Positions 1 to 12,300 of a stretch of 64,000 nucleotides of DNA are shown in pieces. Origin of the DNA: Phyllobates terribilis (lineage: Eukaryota); the NCBI RefSeq assembly GCF_046119375.1, contig NW_027366436.1, forward strand, positions 1 to 64,000, written 5' to 3'. The notes beneath the pieces were generated by a model. That model was not told the origin of the DNA. It did not search any database and worked only from the letters and a program-made list of their open reading frames with translations. A program made the translations under genes and the position numbers. Each line of letters begins with the position of its first letter. Within the stretch, counting starts at the first letter, position 1.

Positions 1-474
1 TAACATGTCGCTTGTAGAGAAATTCAAAGACGTGATGAGTAGCAAGTTCAACATGAGCAAGATAGGGAAACTCAACTTCTTCCTTGGACTGCAAGTGGTG
101 CAAAAGGGTGAAGGCATTCAAATTCATCAAAAAAAGTATCTAAGGGAGATCATAAAGAAGTTTGGAATGGACAATAGCAAGCCCCTTCACACTCCAATGT
201 CCACAAGCACTAAGTTAGACGCAGACCTTAACGGCCCGAAGGCGAATGAAACACTCTATAGAGGTATGGTAGGATCTTTAATGTACTTAACTGCCTCTAG
301 GCCCGATATTGTTTTTGCACTGAGCTTGTGTGCACGTTTTCAATCTGATCCAAGGAGTCGCACGTCGCCATCATCAAGCGCATCCTTCGTTATCTAAAAG
401 GGACTGATAATCTCTTCTTCTTTTTTTTTGCCAAAGGGTAAATAATTTTTATTAGGCAAAACCAAAAACCATAA

Positions 475-3400
475 CTAGTTCGAGTACAACCGTCGCATCA
501 TTGCAGCCCCCCGTCTCCCATTCGTCCTAAGTTTAGTGATGATTCTAAACCTACACACCTCAATAATCTCATTGCTCACTCTCTCGACATCCACAGGCTT
601 GCCTCTAAATACCACATTATTCCTTAGCTTCCACACATAATAAATCGTACCCATAACCCCTAAAAGTTTACAAAGATAGACATTATTACGGCGTTTAGGC
701 GAATCCGCAAACCAGCTCCACCAACGACGAAGAGATGGAAATCGAACTTGAATCCCTTGCCAGCCGAGCACTCGTCCCGCAATTGCTTTAGTAACATCAC
801 ACTCACACCCACAGATGTTGCGCCGTCTCCCTTTCTTTTCCGCATAAGACGCACAGCTCGTCGAGCACTCCCCCCCCCACTTGAACATCCTCGACTTCGT
901 AGGGAGTCGATCCTGCGTCGCCCTCCAACACAGGAACGACCACTTCCGCGGTTGTATACCATTCCAAATAACATTGCACCACTCCTTCTTCGGACCAGGT
1001 GGGTGGATCCACGCATACACCAGTTGATTATCTATCCCCCCATCTTTCCTGGTTAGTCGAGCAACCTGCGGTGGAACACTATGCAGCCGGCTCAAGATAA
1101 TGTCTTTAGCAGCCACTGCTGCTTTCCAGATGCTCGAGCTGCCAGATTTGCACTCGGCGAGCCAAATATTCCCTCGAGCAAGATTACACCTCGCCCACTC
1201 CGTCCAGATGCTCTTCCTCTCAGCCGCAATGTCATACACTAGCTTGAATAATAAGGTCCTATTCCAAGCTAATAGCTCTTTGAATCCAAGCCCTCCCTCT
1301 AATTTATCTCTGCAGAGACGCTTCCAAGTCATCGGCGAGCACTTCTTTCCTAGCTCCCCCGTCCAAAGATAAGATCAACAGATGGCATTAATGCGCCTAA
1401 TCACACCCTTCGGAATCGCAATGACCTGCATCCAGAATCGCACGATGCTCTCGAGCACGGACTTGATCACCTGCATTCTCCCCACATATGATACTCGTCG
1501 AGCCTGTCTCGCTTCAAGTGCACTCTGCAGCTTGCTCAACAGCGGTTGGAAGTCACCTACGCGAAGCCTCCTAGAGTGAAGGGGAGCCCCAAGTAGCGCA
1601 CCGACAACCTCCCAACTTGGAACCCGAGGACCTCGGCCAACTCAGTCCGTGTACCAGCCGGTACTCCACCAAAATAAATACTCGACTTGCTAGCATTAGT
1701 GGTCAACCCCCGACTCCTCCGCAAACCTCAAAATCACATCTCGAATAATTACAAGAGAAGATCTGTATGGCTTACAGAAAATCAGCAGGTCATCCGCGAA
1801 AGCCATCGTCGAGAGCTTCAACTGTTTGCACCTCGGGTGGAAGAAAAAACCCTTCCGACTACTCGCGGCACTCATCCTTCTGCTCAGCATTTCCATAATA
1901 AGAACAAATAGATATGGGGATAAAGGGTCACCTTGACGTAAACCCCTCGCCCCTTTGAAGAATCCTTCAGCCTCCCCATTAATGATAACCGAGTACGATG
2001 GGGAGGTCACACTCTCCATAATCCACTCGACGAGCCTCTTAGGAAAGTTAAAGTACTCCAACGTATGGCGTAAAAATCTCCAGCTAACACAATCATAAGC
2101 CTTCTGAAGGTCAATCTGAATCAGACAACGCGGCGATATATACTTACTGTCATACCCTTTCACCAGATCCTGCGCTACTGCCAAATTGTCAACAATCCGT
2201 CTACCCGGCACAAACGCACCCTGATTTTGCGACACTAAATCATCAAGTAGTGGCCGAATTCTAGCAACAAGAATCTTGGACAGTACCTTCATCATAGAAT
2301 TACAGCAGGCGATCGGTCTGAACTCACGAATAGAGAGGGGATTGTCAATCTTCGGAATCAAGTTAACAAACGTAGCATTCGTTTGTCGAAGCAATCGACT
2401 CCTTCTGAAGAAATCCCTCACAGCCAAACCAATATCCTCACGAATAATACTCCAACACGACTTGAAAAACACACTGCCAAATCCATCAGGACCCGGGGAT
2501 TTCTTTCCACCAATCCCCTTAAACGCACTCCAGATTTCCTCATCCGAGATGCCTCGGCACAGCTCAGCATGGGCAGTATAGTCAACCCGAGCCCCCTCTA
2601 ACTCTGTGAAATCAGGCTCTTCAGTATCAACGTGACACCCAAACAGCGATCGATAGAATTCCACCACTTCCGAGTTAATCTCATCTCTCGTATCAAGGAT
2701 ATCACCACTCGAATTTTTAAGTAGAAAAATCGAGTTCCTCCCCCTTCTATTTTTCAGCCCATTATAAAACATCGCCGAGGATTCCTCGCCCTGCTTGACC
2801 CAATCAACCTTCGTCTTTTGAGCAATGAAGCTATGCATTTGCTTTGTTCTTCTCTCCATTTCATCTCGGGCCGCATAAACCTCATTCTGTAGATCGACGG
2901 AGCTGAAGTCCCCCTGCAATTTGACGTTAGCATCAGCTAATCGAGTTGTACATTCCTCAACTAAACTCTCAAGTTGACGAAATCTGCCCTTTTGCCATCT
3001 CATAAGAGTCAATTTCACCCTCTTCAATTTAGTAGCCACCACAAACTGCGGGTTACCTTCAACATTGTGTTCCCAAGCACTCTGCACCACCTCTAAGAAA
3101 TCCGGTTCCTCCACCCAAAAATTCCTAAATTTAAACGGGATCTTCTTGTACCTCGCACTTGGATTAACAATACACAAGCTCGGGGAATGGTCCGAGAACA
3201 GCGGATCAACGAAGACCACCCTCGCGTCCCTAAACGTATCAGCCCACGCATCATTCACCAACACACGATCCAGTTTACACGCAACCCGTCTCGTTCCATC
3301 CTGATTATTGTTCCAAGTATAATGAAGCCCAGAGAATGCTGCATCAACCAGCCCTTCTCGCGCCACAAACTGACTAAACTCAATGTCAATATGATGCTCC

Positions 3401-3877
3401 TGTCTATTGAAAGAAACCTTATCCGATAATTGTAGAATGCAATTGAAAATCACCCATGACAACCCACGGGTCCCTATTTCCCACCACCTCCTGCTGAATC
3501 TCATGCCATAACAAACTACGATTTGCTGCGTCATTGCTCGCATATACAAACGTAGTCAACATACTAACCAGTCGGTCCTTACTCTCAACACAACAATGTA
3601 TAAACTGACTTGTGCTACGAACAACTGTAACATCAACCACACTTTGATCCCAGGATATCCAGATACGACCTCTAACATCCACTAAACTATTAGTACAAAA
3701 TTTCCAGCCCGGAAGAAGTCGCCGACTGATCTCCAATTCCTTCTCTTGCTGAATTTTTGTTTCTAATATTCCAATCAGATTGACCTTGTGCTTACGCACG
3801 AACTCCGTTATTTGCCTAGCTCTAGGGGCGGAGTTGCAACCCCTAGAGTTCCAGGCAACGAGGGTAAACTCAGACAT
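475..3877 (-). pseudogene. LINE-A ORF2 (AP endonuclease, RT, zf-RVT; no RNase H), disrupted
   Basis: LVAWNSRG...WVVMGDF...KLDRVLVN (EN); KSPGPDG, RPIACCN, DLQKAYD, RQGDPLSPYLF, FADDLL (RT); WRATQDRLPT (zf-RVT). Several stops and frameshifts. Confidence 0.93.
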
Positions 3878-5040
3878 GACCCTTAGCCCCCGTTGGGGCG
3901 CCTGTGCTTCTTAAAACCCTCCCTTCCGATGGTTGGGTCCCCTGTTGTTTTCGGTTCTGATAATGATTCTTCTTACTCGTATTTTGATGAGGCGGTTTTG
4001 AAGCATTGTCAGGAGCATTCTTCTTCATCTCTTTCACCGCCCCATTACAAGCAACCTTCCCAGTGCTAGTATTGGTTCCTGTTGACACAATACCAGACGT
4101 TGAAGCATTGGCATGAGACACAGCCCTATCCTCAATCTCTGAGTTCCTTCTCTGCTGCACATTATCATCCGTCTCTCCCTCCCTGATTACATTCCTCAGT
4201 TGCCTCATTTTCTGTTACTGGAGGAACACTCTCCTTCTCTGGTACTATTTGTTTCTTATGAAATTTACATCGAGCCGTAACATGCCCAAATTTCACACAA
4301 TGCTTGCATACCCACAGAATCCACTCAAACCATACCCTTTGCCGATAAATTTTTCCATTGGGATCCCGCAAGACAATACAATCTTTTAGCACATCACTAG
4401 GTGCCACTTGAACAAGGATTCGAGCATAATCAGGCCTAGTCGGATCACAGGCCTTTTCATCCAACTGAATTGCAGCACCCACCATGCTAGCCATTACACT
4501 AATCATATGTTTCGAGGTAAATAAATGGTTCAAGTTTCGCAATTGGATCCAGGCAGGCACAGACTCAAAACTTGACCAAGCAATCGGGGTCCCAACAGTC
4601 CAAGGAGCAAGAGCAATCGGGTACTTACCTCTGAAAAACCACGGACCCTGGTTGAGCACAAAATTGCATCCTTCCTGGCTATTAAACAGAAAGCACCACA
4701 CTCCGTTTCGGCGAGCAGTAAATTTTGGCTTGTGCAGGCTCCAATTCTCATCGACAAACTGATTCATTTCCAAAATTGTTGCACCCGGTCCCATGATGCC
4801 TCCAATTACACCAAATCGATACGCATCAATCTCGACTTGAACTTCCTCGAATGTGAAATCATAGATTTCGCAGCCATCAAGGTCAAAGTTTTCCAACACA
4901 GACTCATCGGAAAACGCAGGTTGAATGTGTGCCGGTGACGGCGCCAACCCTAGCACTTTTCTGTCCACCGCTACCGATTCCACTACCGGCGAACCATCCG
5001 CACCGGTTTGATTCTCCGCCTCTGCCATTAAAACTGACAC
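3870..5040 (-). pseudogene. LINE-A ORF1 (DUF4283-type domain + CCHC zinc knuckle), frameshifted near 4165-4208
   Basis: ORFs 4165-5040 and 3870-4208. Motifs VLNQGPWFF, VPAWIQLRNL, YARILVQV and CKHCVKFGHVTARC. Confidence 0.9.
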
Positions 5041-6699
5041 ACACCAGAAGGGGAAACCACTTCGCCGACACCACCAACCCTACGCAAAGACCACTGGAAT
5101 CAATCGGACTCACACCTACTGCCGGAGACTCGGAAGATATGGCCACAGGCACCGCCGTGCCGCCGCCAATCCGCAGGAAGTGGAACGCCGCCGATCTCCT
5201 CTAGGGTTTTTTCGAGTATCCTTTTCCTACCCAATTTGATAATCTTTGTTTATGGTACCCTAAGAACTGCGATTTTACTCTTGTTGGATACACAGATGAT
5301 GACTATGCAGGATATCTAGTTGATCGAAAGAGCACCTCAGGTATGGCACAAGTTCTAGGCCCTTGTCTCGTTTCATGGGGCTCTCGCAAACAGAACTCAG
5401 TAGCTGCGTCCACCACCGAGGTTGAATACATAGCAGCCGCTTCTTGTTGTGCTCAACTCCTATGGATCAAGCAACAACTCACCGACTTCGGAATCTCTAT
5501 GGGCTCGATTGAAATAAGGTGTGACAACACAAGCGCGATCAACATCTCAAAGAATCTTGTGCACCACTCTCGAACCAAGCACATTGACGTGCGTCATCAC
5601 TTCCTTCGAGATAATGTGAAGAAGAAGCACATCGAGCTCACCCATTGTAGAACTGAGGATCAAATAGCAGACATTTTCACCAAGGCCTTGAACAAGGAAT
5701 CGTTCATCAAGCTAAGACTTCACTTGGGCTTGATCCCCTTTCATTAAGCATCTCCTTGCACGTAAGCCTTCTCCCTTGATCTTGTGTAAATTCAGTGATC
5801 CTTTTAATCTTGGGAACCTAGGACTAATATGTGCGCGAACCTAGCCTATACTCTTAGGGGTATTCATCTTTTGCATGCTCTGTGTGATGCTAAATGATAA
5901 ATGCTTAGCAAGGCCCTCTCTAGGATTGCACTATTTCTTGCTAAAACTTGATCCATTTGCATGCTATTCATTTTCAAGCCCTTATATATATGCACGATGA
6001 TCGCTTCTTAACCTTATAATCAAGCCCCCAGATATGATTCGTGCTTACAGGCCATTCCCTTGGCCTTGATCTTAATGTTACGTTCCCTATGACCATATAA
6101 GCCACAACTGGGAATATTCATTGAGATGACAAAAAGCCTACCCATATATGCCTAGCACTTCTTGTTTTTAAAAGAGCATTTATTTCCCTTTGTGTGTGTG
6201 AGATTATTATGTGCTTAAGCGAGTTGAATTATCCTACTGAGAATGGGAACTGAGACACAACGCGTCCTAGTATGGGGACCGAGTAAGCACAAGCGCAGTT
6301 TTTGAACTACATGTCCTTGGGGACCGAGTAACACAGATTAGAGTGAAGCGCAGATAACTTCAGGAACTGAGTATAGGGACCGATAGAATCTTAGGGACCG
6401 AGCGTCTTAACGGTCGACTATCTTCTAGGCACTCATTACTCGCCAGCCTACCAACGGTCACTTGCATCTACGATAAACGAGGCGCCGTTCCAAATCTGAA
6501 TTAAGGCCGTTGTGATTTGACCGTTCGACCCTCTCCATAAATAGCCCCTTCGACCAGATTCAACCCTCCTTCACCACCTCTGCAACTATTCACTCTTCTT
6601 AAACCCTCTCTCTTCCAAGCACTCAACACTCAAACCCTACAACTCTTCACCACTCTCCCTTTCTCTCCTTCACAAACTCCACTCTCTCAAACACAAAAA

Positions 6700-7234
6700 A
6701 TGGCCAACCCAATGAACATTGACCCTGCGAAATGGGCTGAGTTCCTCAAATTCCAGGAGTTCATAGATATCTACAGGCCGACCAAGGAAGAAGCTCATGC
6801 TAGAGCTAGGGATCTACAGGCCGACCAAGGAAACGCCCTGTGAAAGTATAATCAATGAGACTAGGCTGCGCCGGCTATTCAAGCACGCTAGTATGGATGC
6901 GCCGGTTGAGAAGCTCCTCCTTGACTCCACTTCCAGATCTAAGCCTAAGCCCGAGCCCAAATCAAAGCCCGACTCCTCAGCCCCTCCCAAATCCGAATCC
7001 AGACCTTGCAGAAGGAAGAGCCCCTCGAAGGAGCCCAAGCCCCTGCTGCCGCCGAATATGAGCTCAGAGAAAATTCAGCTTCGCACCTTGGAAGCTGTCC
7101 TTCAGACCAATTGGCATCTATCTGGGCTAAGGCGCTTGCTTGACTGGCACCTCTATCACGTCAAGGCACTCATGATCGGGCCTCTGAAAGAGGGTTGCGA
7201 GGATGACTACAAGGAAGACTACCAGTGGGAGTAG
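6700..7234 (+). CDS. SIRE post-pol extra (env-like position) ORF, ~165-180 aa, frameshifted at a 43-bp-spaced duplication
   Basis: ATG 6700 (MANPMNIDPAKWAEFLKFQEFIDIYRPTKE) joins ORF 6797-7234. ATCTACAGGCCGACCAAGGAA occurs at 6769 and 6812. It lies between pol and the PPT cluster. Confidence 0.6.
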
Positions 7235-7515
7235 CTGTGGTCTCAGTTCCCCTAGGGCCCCTTAGAAACCCCAAAGCTTCTCTATAATTCTTGTCATTTT
7301 TGCTCTTTATGGCTGTTTTTATGTGTGCTCTTAAATTTTATCAATGAATTGCTAGTTTCTGGTTGACTTATCTGCTTGCTCTAGTGCGTACTGAGATAGG
7401 GCTACACTTATTGCATTTTCTTTCGTATCACTTACTCATTCCTCTAGAAGGCACGCACGTGATACACTTAGTTTCCCTTGATTAATATATTGCGCATTCC
7501 TTTTTACATGATGTC

Positions 7516-7700
7516 AAAAAGGGGAATATTACAGGCACAGGAGTTATTTAATTTAGGGGGAACTAGAACATATGGAGTTAAAGGGCGATGCTTATTACTT
7601 GTTCATTGATTAAGGGGGAATTGAAAGCTACTTCTTTTCTCAGCTCTATAATATGCCTATGTCAGGATTCTAATTTTGTCATCATTAAAAAGGGGGAAAT
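7516..7700 (+). promoter_or_regulatory. Multiple polypurine tracts (Sirevirus MPPT)
   Basis: AAAAAGGGGAA (~7517), AGGGGGAA (~7555), AAGGGGGAA (~7612) and TTGTCATCATTAAAAAGGGGGAAAT immediately before the LTR. Confidence 0.88.
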
Positions 7701-8539
7701 TGTTAGTTGTATGAACTAGCCCCTTAGTCCGTATAACTGATAATGCCTTAGTTTTAATGATAACAAACTACCTTATGAACTAATATGTGTATTGAGTGAG
7801 ATATCACAGGAAATCGATAGGCCTTTGAGTTACTTAGGAAGCTAAAGCGTGGAAAGCAACGAGCTTAAGAGAAGAGACAAGAGCGAGTTCAGCGAGAAGA
7901 CTAGCGATCAAGGCGCTTAACTAGGAGCAAGGGAACCGAAGGATACTGAAGGGGACCAAACATTGAGAGTGAAGGATCGAGCTGCACAAAGTAACACGCT
8001 ACACAAGGAGGACGCGCTCAAGGGGACCGAAGACGCTCAAGGGGACCGAGCGCGTATTTATGGAAAGAAATCTTCCTTGAAGCTAAAGAAGGAAAGAGAT
8101 CTAAATAAGGAAAGAGTTGATTCGCCAAGAGATTTACCAGATTCGAGATCTTAACAGTTGAAGCTAGTTTGTCATTATATTCGGCTAGTCTAGATTTAAT
8201 ACTTTATTTATTATTATTCACTTGCTTTTAGGTAATTAGTTCCCGATGATTATACCATAGTATAAGTAGTTTAGTTTATTATCCTTATATTGTGGTTGTC
8301 GAACTAGAGAGAAAGAGTTCATCTTGATTTAGAGCTTAGGCAATAGCTAGGAGAGTTGAGAGAAACTAAGAACTGTGTGTTTGCCTAGTTCTTGTAAGTC
8401 TGAAGAGAAATCAAATCAACCAACGTTTTGGAATTGAAGTATTTATTTGTTCTTAGTCTTATATTCCGCACAAAAAGATTCTATCTTTAGTTAGACTAAG
8501 TACTTCACGATCCACGAAATCTTTTCCGGCGCTGTAACA
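7701..8539 (+). repeat. SIRE 3' LTR (839 bp)
   Basis: Starts TGTTAG directly after the PPT and ends ...GCTGTAACA, followed by LINE-B coding sequence. Confidence 0.85.
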
Positions 8540-9391
8540 GATTGTGGGGGAGACTTGCAGGGGTCCAGTGCCGTCTCTATGGTGGGACTTCTGACAGGCA
8601 GCTAAGGTCATTGTCCCTATCAAAGATACCCAACTCAAGAATCCACTAGTAAAGTGGGAAGTAGGGGTCGAATCCCAAGAGAGCCAGAACGATAGTTTAT
8701 TTCCAATTATGAAACCAAGTAGTAACCAATTGGGTTTTTTTGTTTGCTTCTAATTAACTAAGCAATTAAACAAGCACGAAAGCAATATGATGATTGGTTT
8801 GTAAACAATTATGGGTAAAAAGCTCACTCCTCTAGCATCAGCACATTATTCAAATGGAATGTTGATCATCGAATCCTAATAACTTATATTCTGAATTGTT
8901 TAATCCGGTTGTCCTACTCTTTGTTTGTAAATAGCAACTAGTTCAAATAGTCCTAGAAACCCTTATTATGCAATAACCATGGAAATCCCACGATTCAAAA
9001 GCACAACAGCATGAAGATCAAAGATAAGTAGGCATGTGCAATACCATTGACAAATCACCGATAGTCGACACAGGTTCATAATCTCTACACAATAAGCACT
9101 CGCAAATAGTCTATGCAAATCATGCTCGCTACCTAAAGACAAGACTTTTCAAATCGAATTATCTAGCCTAGCAATATGAAGGATAATAATCAACCTAGTT
9201 TGTAACCTAGATAAAATCAAGATCAATCAATGATACTATAAAGCACAAGAGATTATAAAACAATCCTGAAATTAAACTTAGAACATAAGCGTTAGAATTC
9301 TCACAACAAACCTAGAACAATGGCTTCAGCCTAAAGACTGAACTATGATGAACTTAGATAGACATATCCATAGAAATAAATGAATAACAAT

Positions 9392-12300
9392 TGATGCAGG
9401 AGCATACTCAATGCAAACAAGTCAAGGACCCCTCACAAGAGATACGACAAAGAAACTAGAAAGCATGGTCAAGGAGGCCAATTTGATCTTGAAGGTAACA
9501 CATGAGATGACCCCCTTTGCCTCCCATCTTCTAGTATGCTATAGAGAAGACAATCTCCTACAACTTCCATTAAGACACCTCCCCCATTCAAGGCCTTCAT
9601 CATGGCTGCAGCCTGCAAGTCACATGTTGTAAAGCTACCCGGATAAGATCAAGTTATGAAGGCTACTTTGGGTTTGGTTTCAACACACCAAATGGATCTC
9701 ATTGCTTCCACCCTTCTAGTATGTGGAAGAGATGCATATCCCAAACAAATCCAATGAAGACATCAAGGCCATCCAAGATCAAGATCAAGGCTGCACATGT
9801 CACTTTTGTGAAACTATCACACTTTTACACCTTACCCGGCTAAGTTGTAAAAGTGTACAATTCTACCCCTTTTCCCTAACTCTTTTAAGGAACTTTCCTA
9901 AGAGTATTTTGGACCTATTTAGTCGATATTTCATCTGGTAGAAGGCCTTGGTCATTGAAGGTATAAAAGCCAAAAATGACCTAACCAAAAGGGCCTTTGA
10001 TTGAATTGATGTTGTAGTAGAGTAAAAACTCCTCCTAGTTTCTCATGGGCCATATTTGTTAGTTTTATCAAAGCTATAAAACTGCTTACCTTGCCTATTT
10101 CATCTTGTTTATGTAATTGATTGTGTAAACTTGTTGAATGGGAAACTCTTGGTGCTCATGGTAGTATATCTCCATGTTGTGTTAAGTTATAGCTTGTTTT
10201 GATATTCTCTTCTTGTATTGTGTTGAGGTTAAGTCCAAGGTGCCTTAAATAGATAGATAAGTTATCTTCAAGAACATATCCATTTCTTCCCTTAAAACTA
10301 TTTCTTTCTTTCTTCTTGCTCTTGCTTGTTTTCATGTTTGAACAACACTTAGAACACTTGTTCTTAGCGTGTGTTGGTTGAACACTCTAGATCCGAGCTT
10401 GTAGGAGATAATCCTACATCAAGTGGTATCAGAGCTCAGCTGAGTTTTCAACCATCTCTCACCCTTAAAAACACAAAAACAAAGTGATTTGCAACTCTTG
10501 CAAAGTCACACCAAAAAACAGTCCCAAAAACACTAGTCAAACCTTGTTGTTGTGTGCCTTTTGTTGGTCTAAATCTCATGACTCTTTTGAGTATTTGCAG
10601 GAACTAAAACCCATGTTGGAAGTGTTTGAAGAGGCCTAAGGAATCACCAAGCAAAATTGAGGAAGTGTCTAAGAGAGAACCAAAGCCAAAACCTAACCGG
10701 GTGCTTGATTTCATGCACAAAAGTGGTCAAGAACCCAACTTTGAAGCTTCACACCTCAAACCAAACATAACAAAATGAAGAACACTTATGAGCCCCATGA
10801 AGAACAACATTTGATTTGTTGAGGGCAACAAAAACCAGGCCAAAGGCACGAGTAGATTGTCCAAACACTAAATCCAAAAATCTTTCCGAAAGCGGTAAAG
10901 TGTCACTTTCTACTTTTCACAAGTGTTGACCTAGCATATTCACAAGACTTTGCAGCCTCATTGGGTCGTGCATTTTTTAATGTGACCTGAGCCTTCTACA
11001 TAGAAAAACCTCCACTACAAGGATCAAGAAAGTTCACATCCATTCCAGCTCATTAACCTCTTGAAACAAACACCCAAAGTTGTTTGCAACACACTTTTTG
11101 TACCCCGAGTAACGTGCTAGCTTGCCTATTCTTAACTAAATCTTGTACCTTTTGTTGTGTACTCAAAGTGAAACATTTGCAACGTGATCAAGTGTCCTAA
11201 AGCACATAAAGAAGAAGGAGGGAGGGGATTTCCATGAGCCCCTCACACCTAGCCTAACCCCACCCCTATGTCTTGTACTCGGCTACACTTAGCCAAGTTT
11301 AAATACATATCCTAGCCTAATTCTCAAGGACACTTCCAAGATTAAGCAAGGGCAATTCAAGGGATTCTTTATGCACCATAACTGAGGTAAAACGTTCTCA
11401 AGTCCCTTGAGCTAAACACTTTCCTACATCATCTTCTTACAAGTGCACTTGCTTGTCTATGCTAGCTATAACTCTTTGTTGATTAAGCATCTTAGTGTAC
11501 CAAGCTAACAAGTGTTACTAGCATCACATTGCATTGATAAGGTGATCAAATAGACAAGGTTGAGAGGACATTTAAGAGTGTAGAGTGATCCAAACACAAG
11601 CAAACACAAGCTTATTAGACTAACATTAATGTTGTTCATTGTTTTTTGTCTTTGATCATGTCTAGCTCACATCATGACTCCCATCAAGAAGAGGTGAATC
11701 CCATTATTAATTCAGCCAATGGTATCACTAATCAACCTGAGTTAGTGAACATTCTTAGTGACTTGAATAAGGTCTTGAGTGACATCTCTAGTAGACAAGC
11801 CACCCTTGAATCCAAAAAAAACAAGCCTAGAACACCACCTATAGTTCTAGGGACACAAATTGAAGTTGGAGGGACTTCACACTCACACACTCAAATACCA
11901 TTTCCAAGACAAGATGTGAGGCATGGATCCATATCACATCACCTAAGGCCGGATTCCATAAGAGTACCCACTAGACCCATTGTCTCACCATTGCCTAGAC
12001 CACCACCAATGAACTATCCAAGGGAGTTTTCTAACCATAACTCTCCTGATTTGAATAGGTATAGTGATTATGATGTTGATGAGTTTGAGGAGGATAGGTA
12101 CATGAGGCAAAGAAGGAGACCAAGGTTCCAAGAACAAGAGCAAGGGTCTAGACAAAGAGAGGAGGATGGCATGGGCAAGGTGAAGTTCAAAATTCCAAGC
12201 TATGAAGGGAAGTATGATCCAACCTCATACATGAGATGTGAGAGGAAGATGGAGCAAATTTGGGAATGCAACAACTTTCAAGAGATGAAGAAGTTGCAAC

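Larger units (their letters stand above)
414..5236 (-). mobile_element. Full-length plant L1 LINE (LINE-A, ~4.8 kb) inserted into the Copia pol
   Basis: 9-bp TSD TGATAATCT at 405-413 and 5237-5245. Minus-strand tail A9-GAAGAAG at 414-429. Carries 5'UTR, ORF1 and ORF2. Confidence 0.95.
5..5747 (+). pseudogene. Copia pol RT/RNase H (segments 5-413 and 5246-5747), split by the L1
   Basis: Removing the L1 and one TSD copy restores ...GGGACTGATAATCTTTGTTTATGGTAC = G-T-D-N-L-C-L-W-Y. There is one frameshift near 355. Confidence 0.92.
1..8539 (+). mobile_element. Ty1/copia SIRE (Sirevirus)-type LTR retrotransposon, 3' part (5' part outside window), interrupted by an L1
   Basis: Copia RT (FFLGLQV...YRGMVGSLMYLTASRPDI) at 5-413 continues after the L1 as NLCLWY...DRKSTSG...RTKHIDVRHHFLRD (RNase H, stop 5747). 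A post-pol extra ORF, four polypurine tracts and a TG...CA LTR follow. Confidence 0.93.

Noticed and set aside
9411-9941. ORFs 9411-9632 and 9723-9941 (and twins at 13921-14457) as duplicated host genes
   Set aside because: They lie within the two CRM LTRs, and the first is the CR-motif tail.
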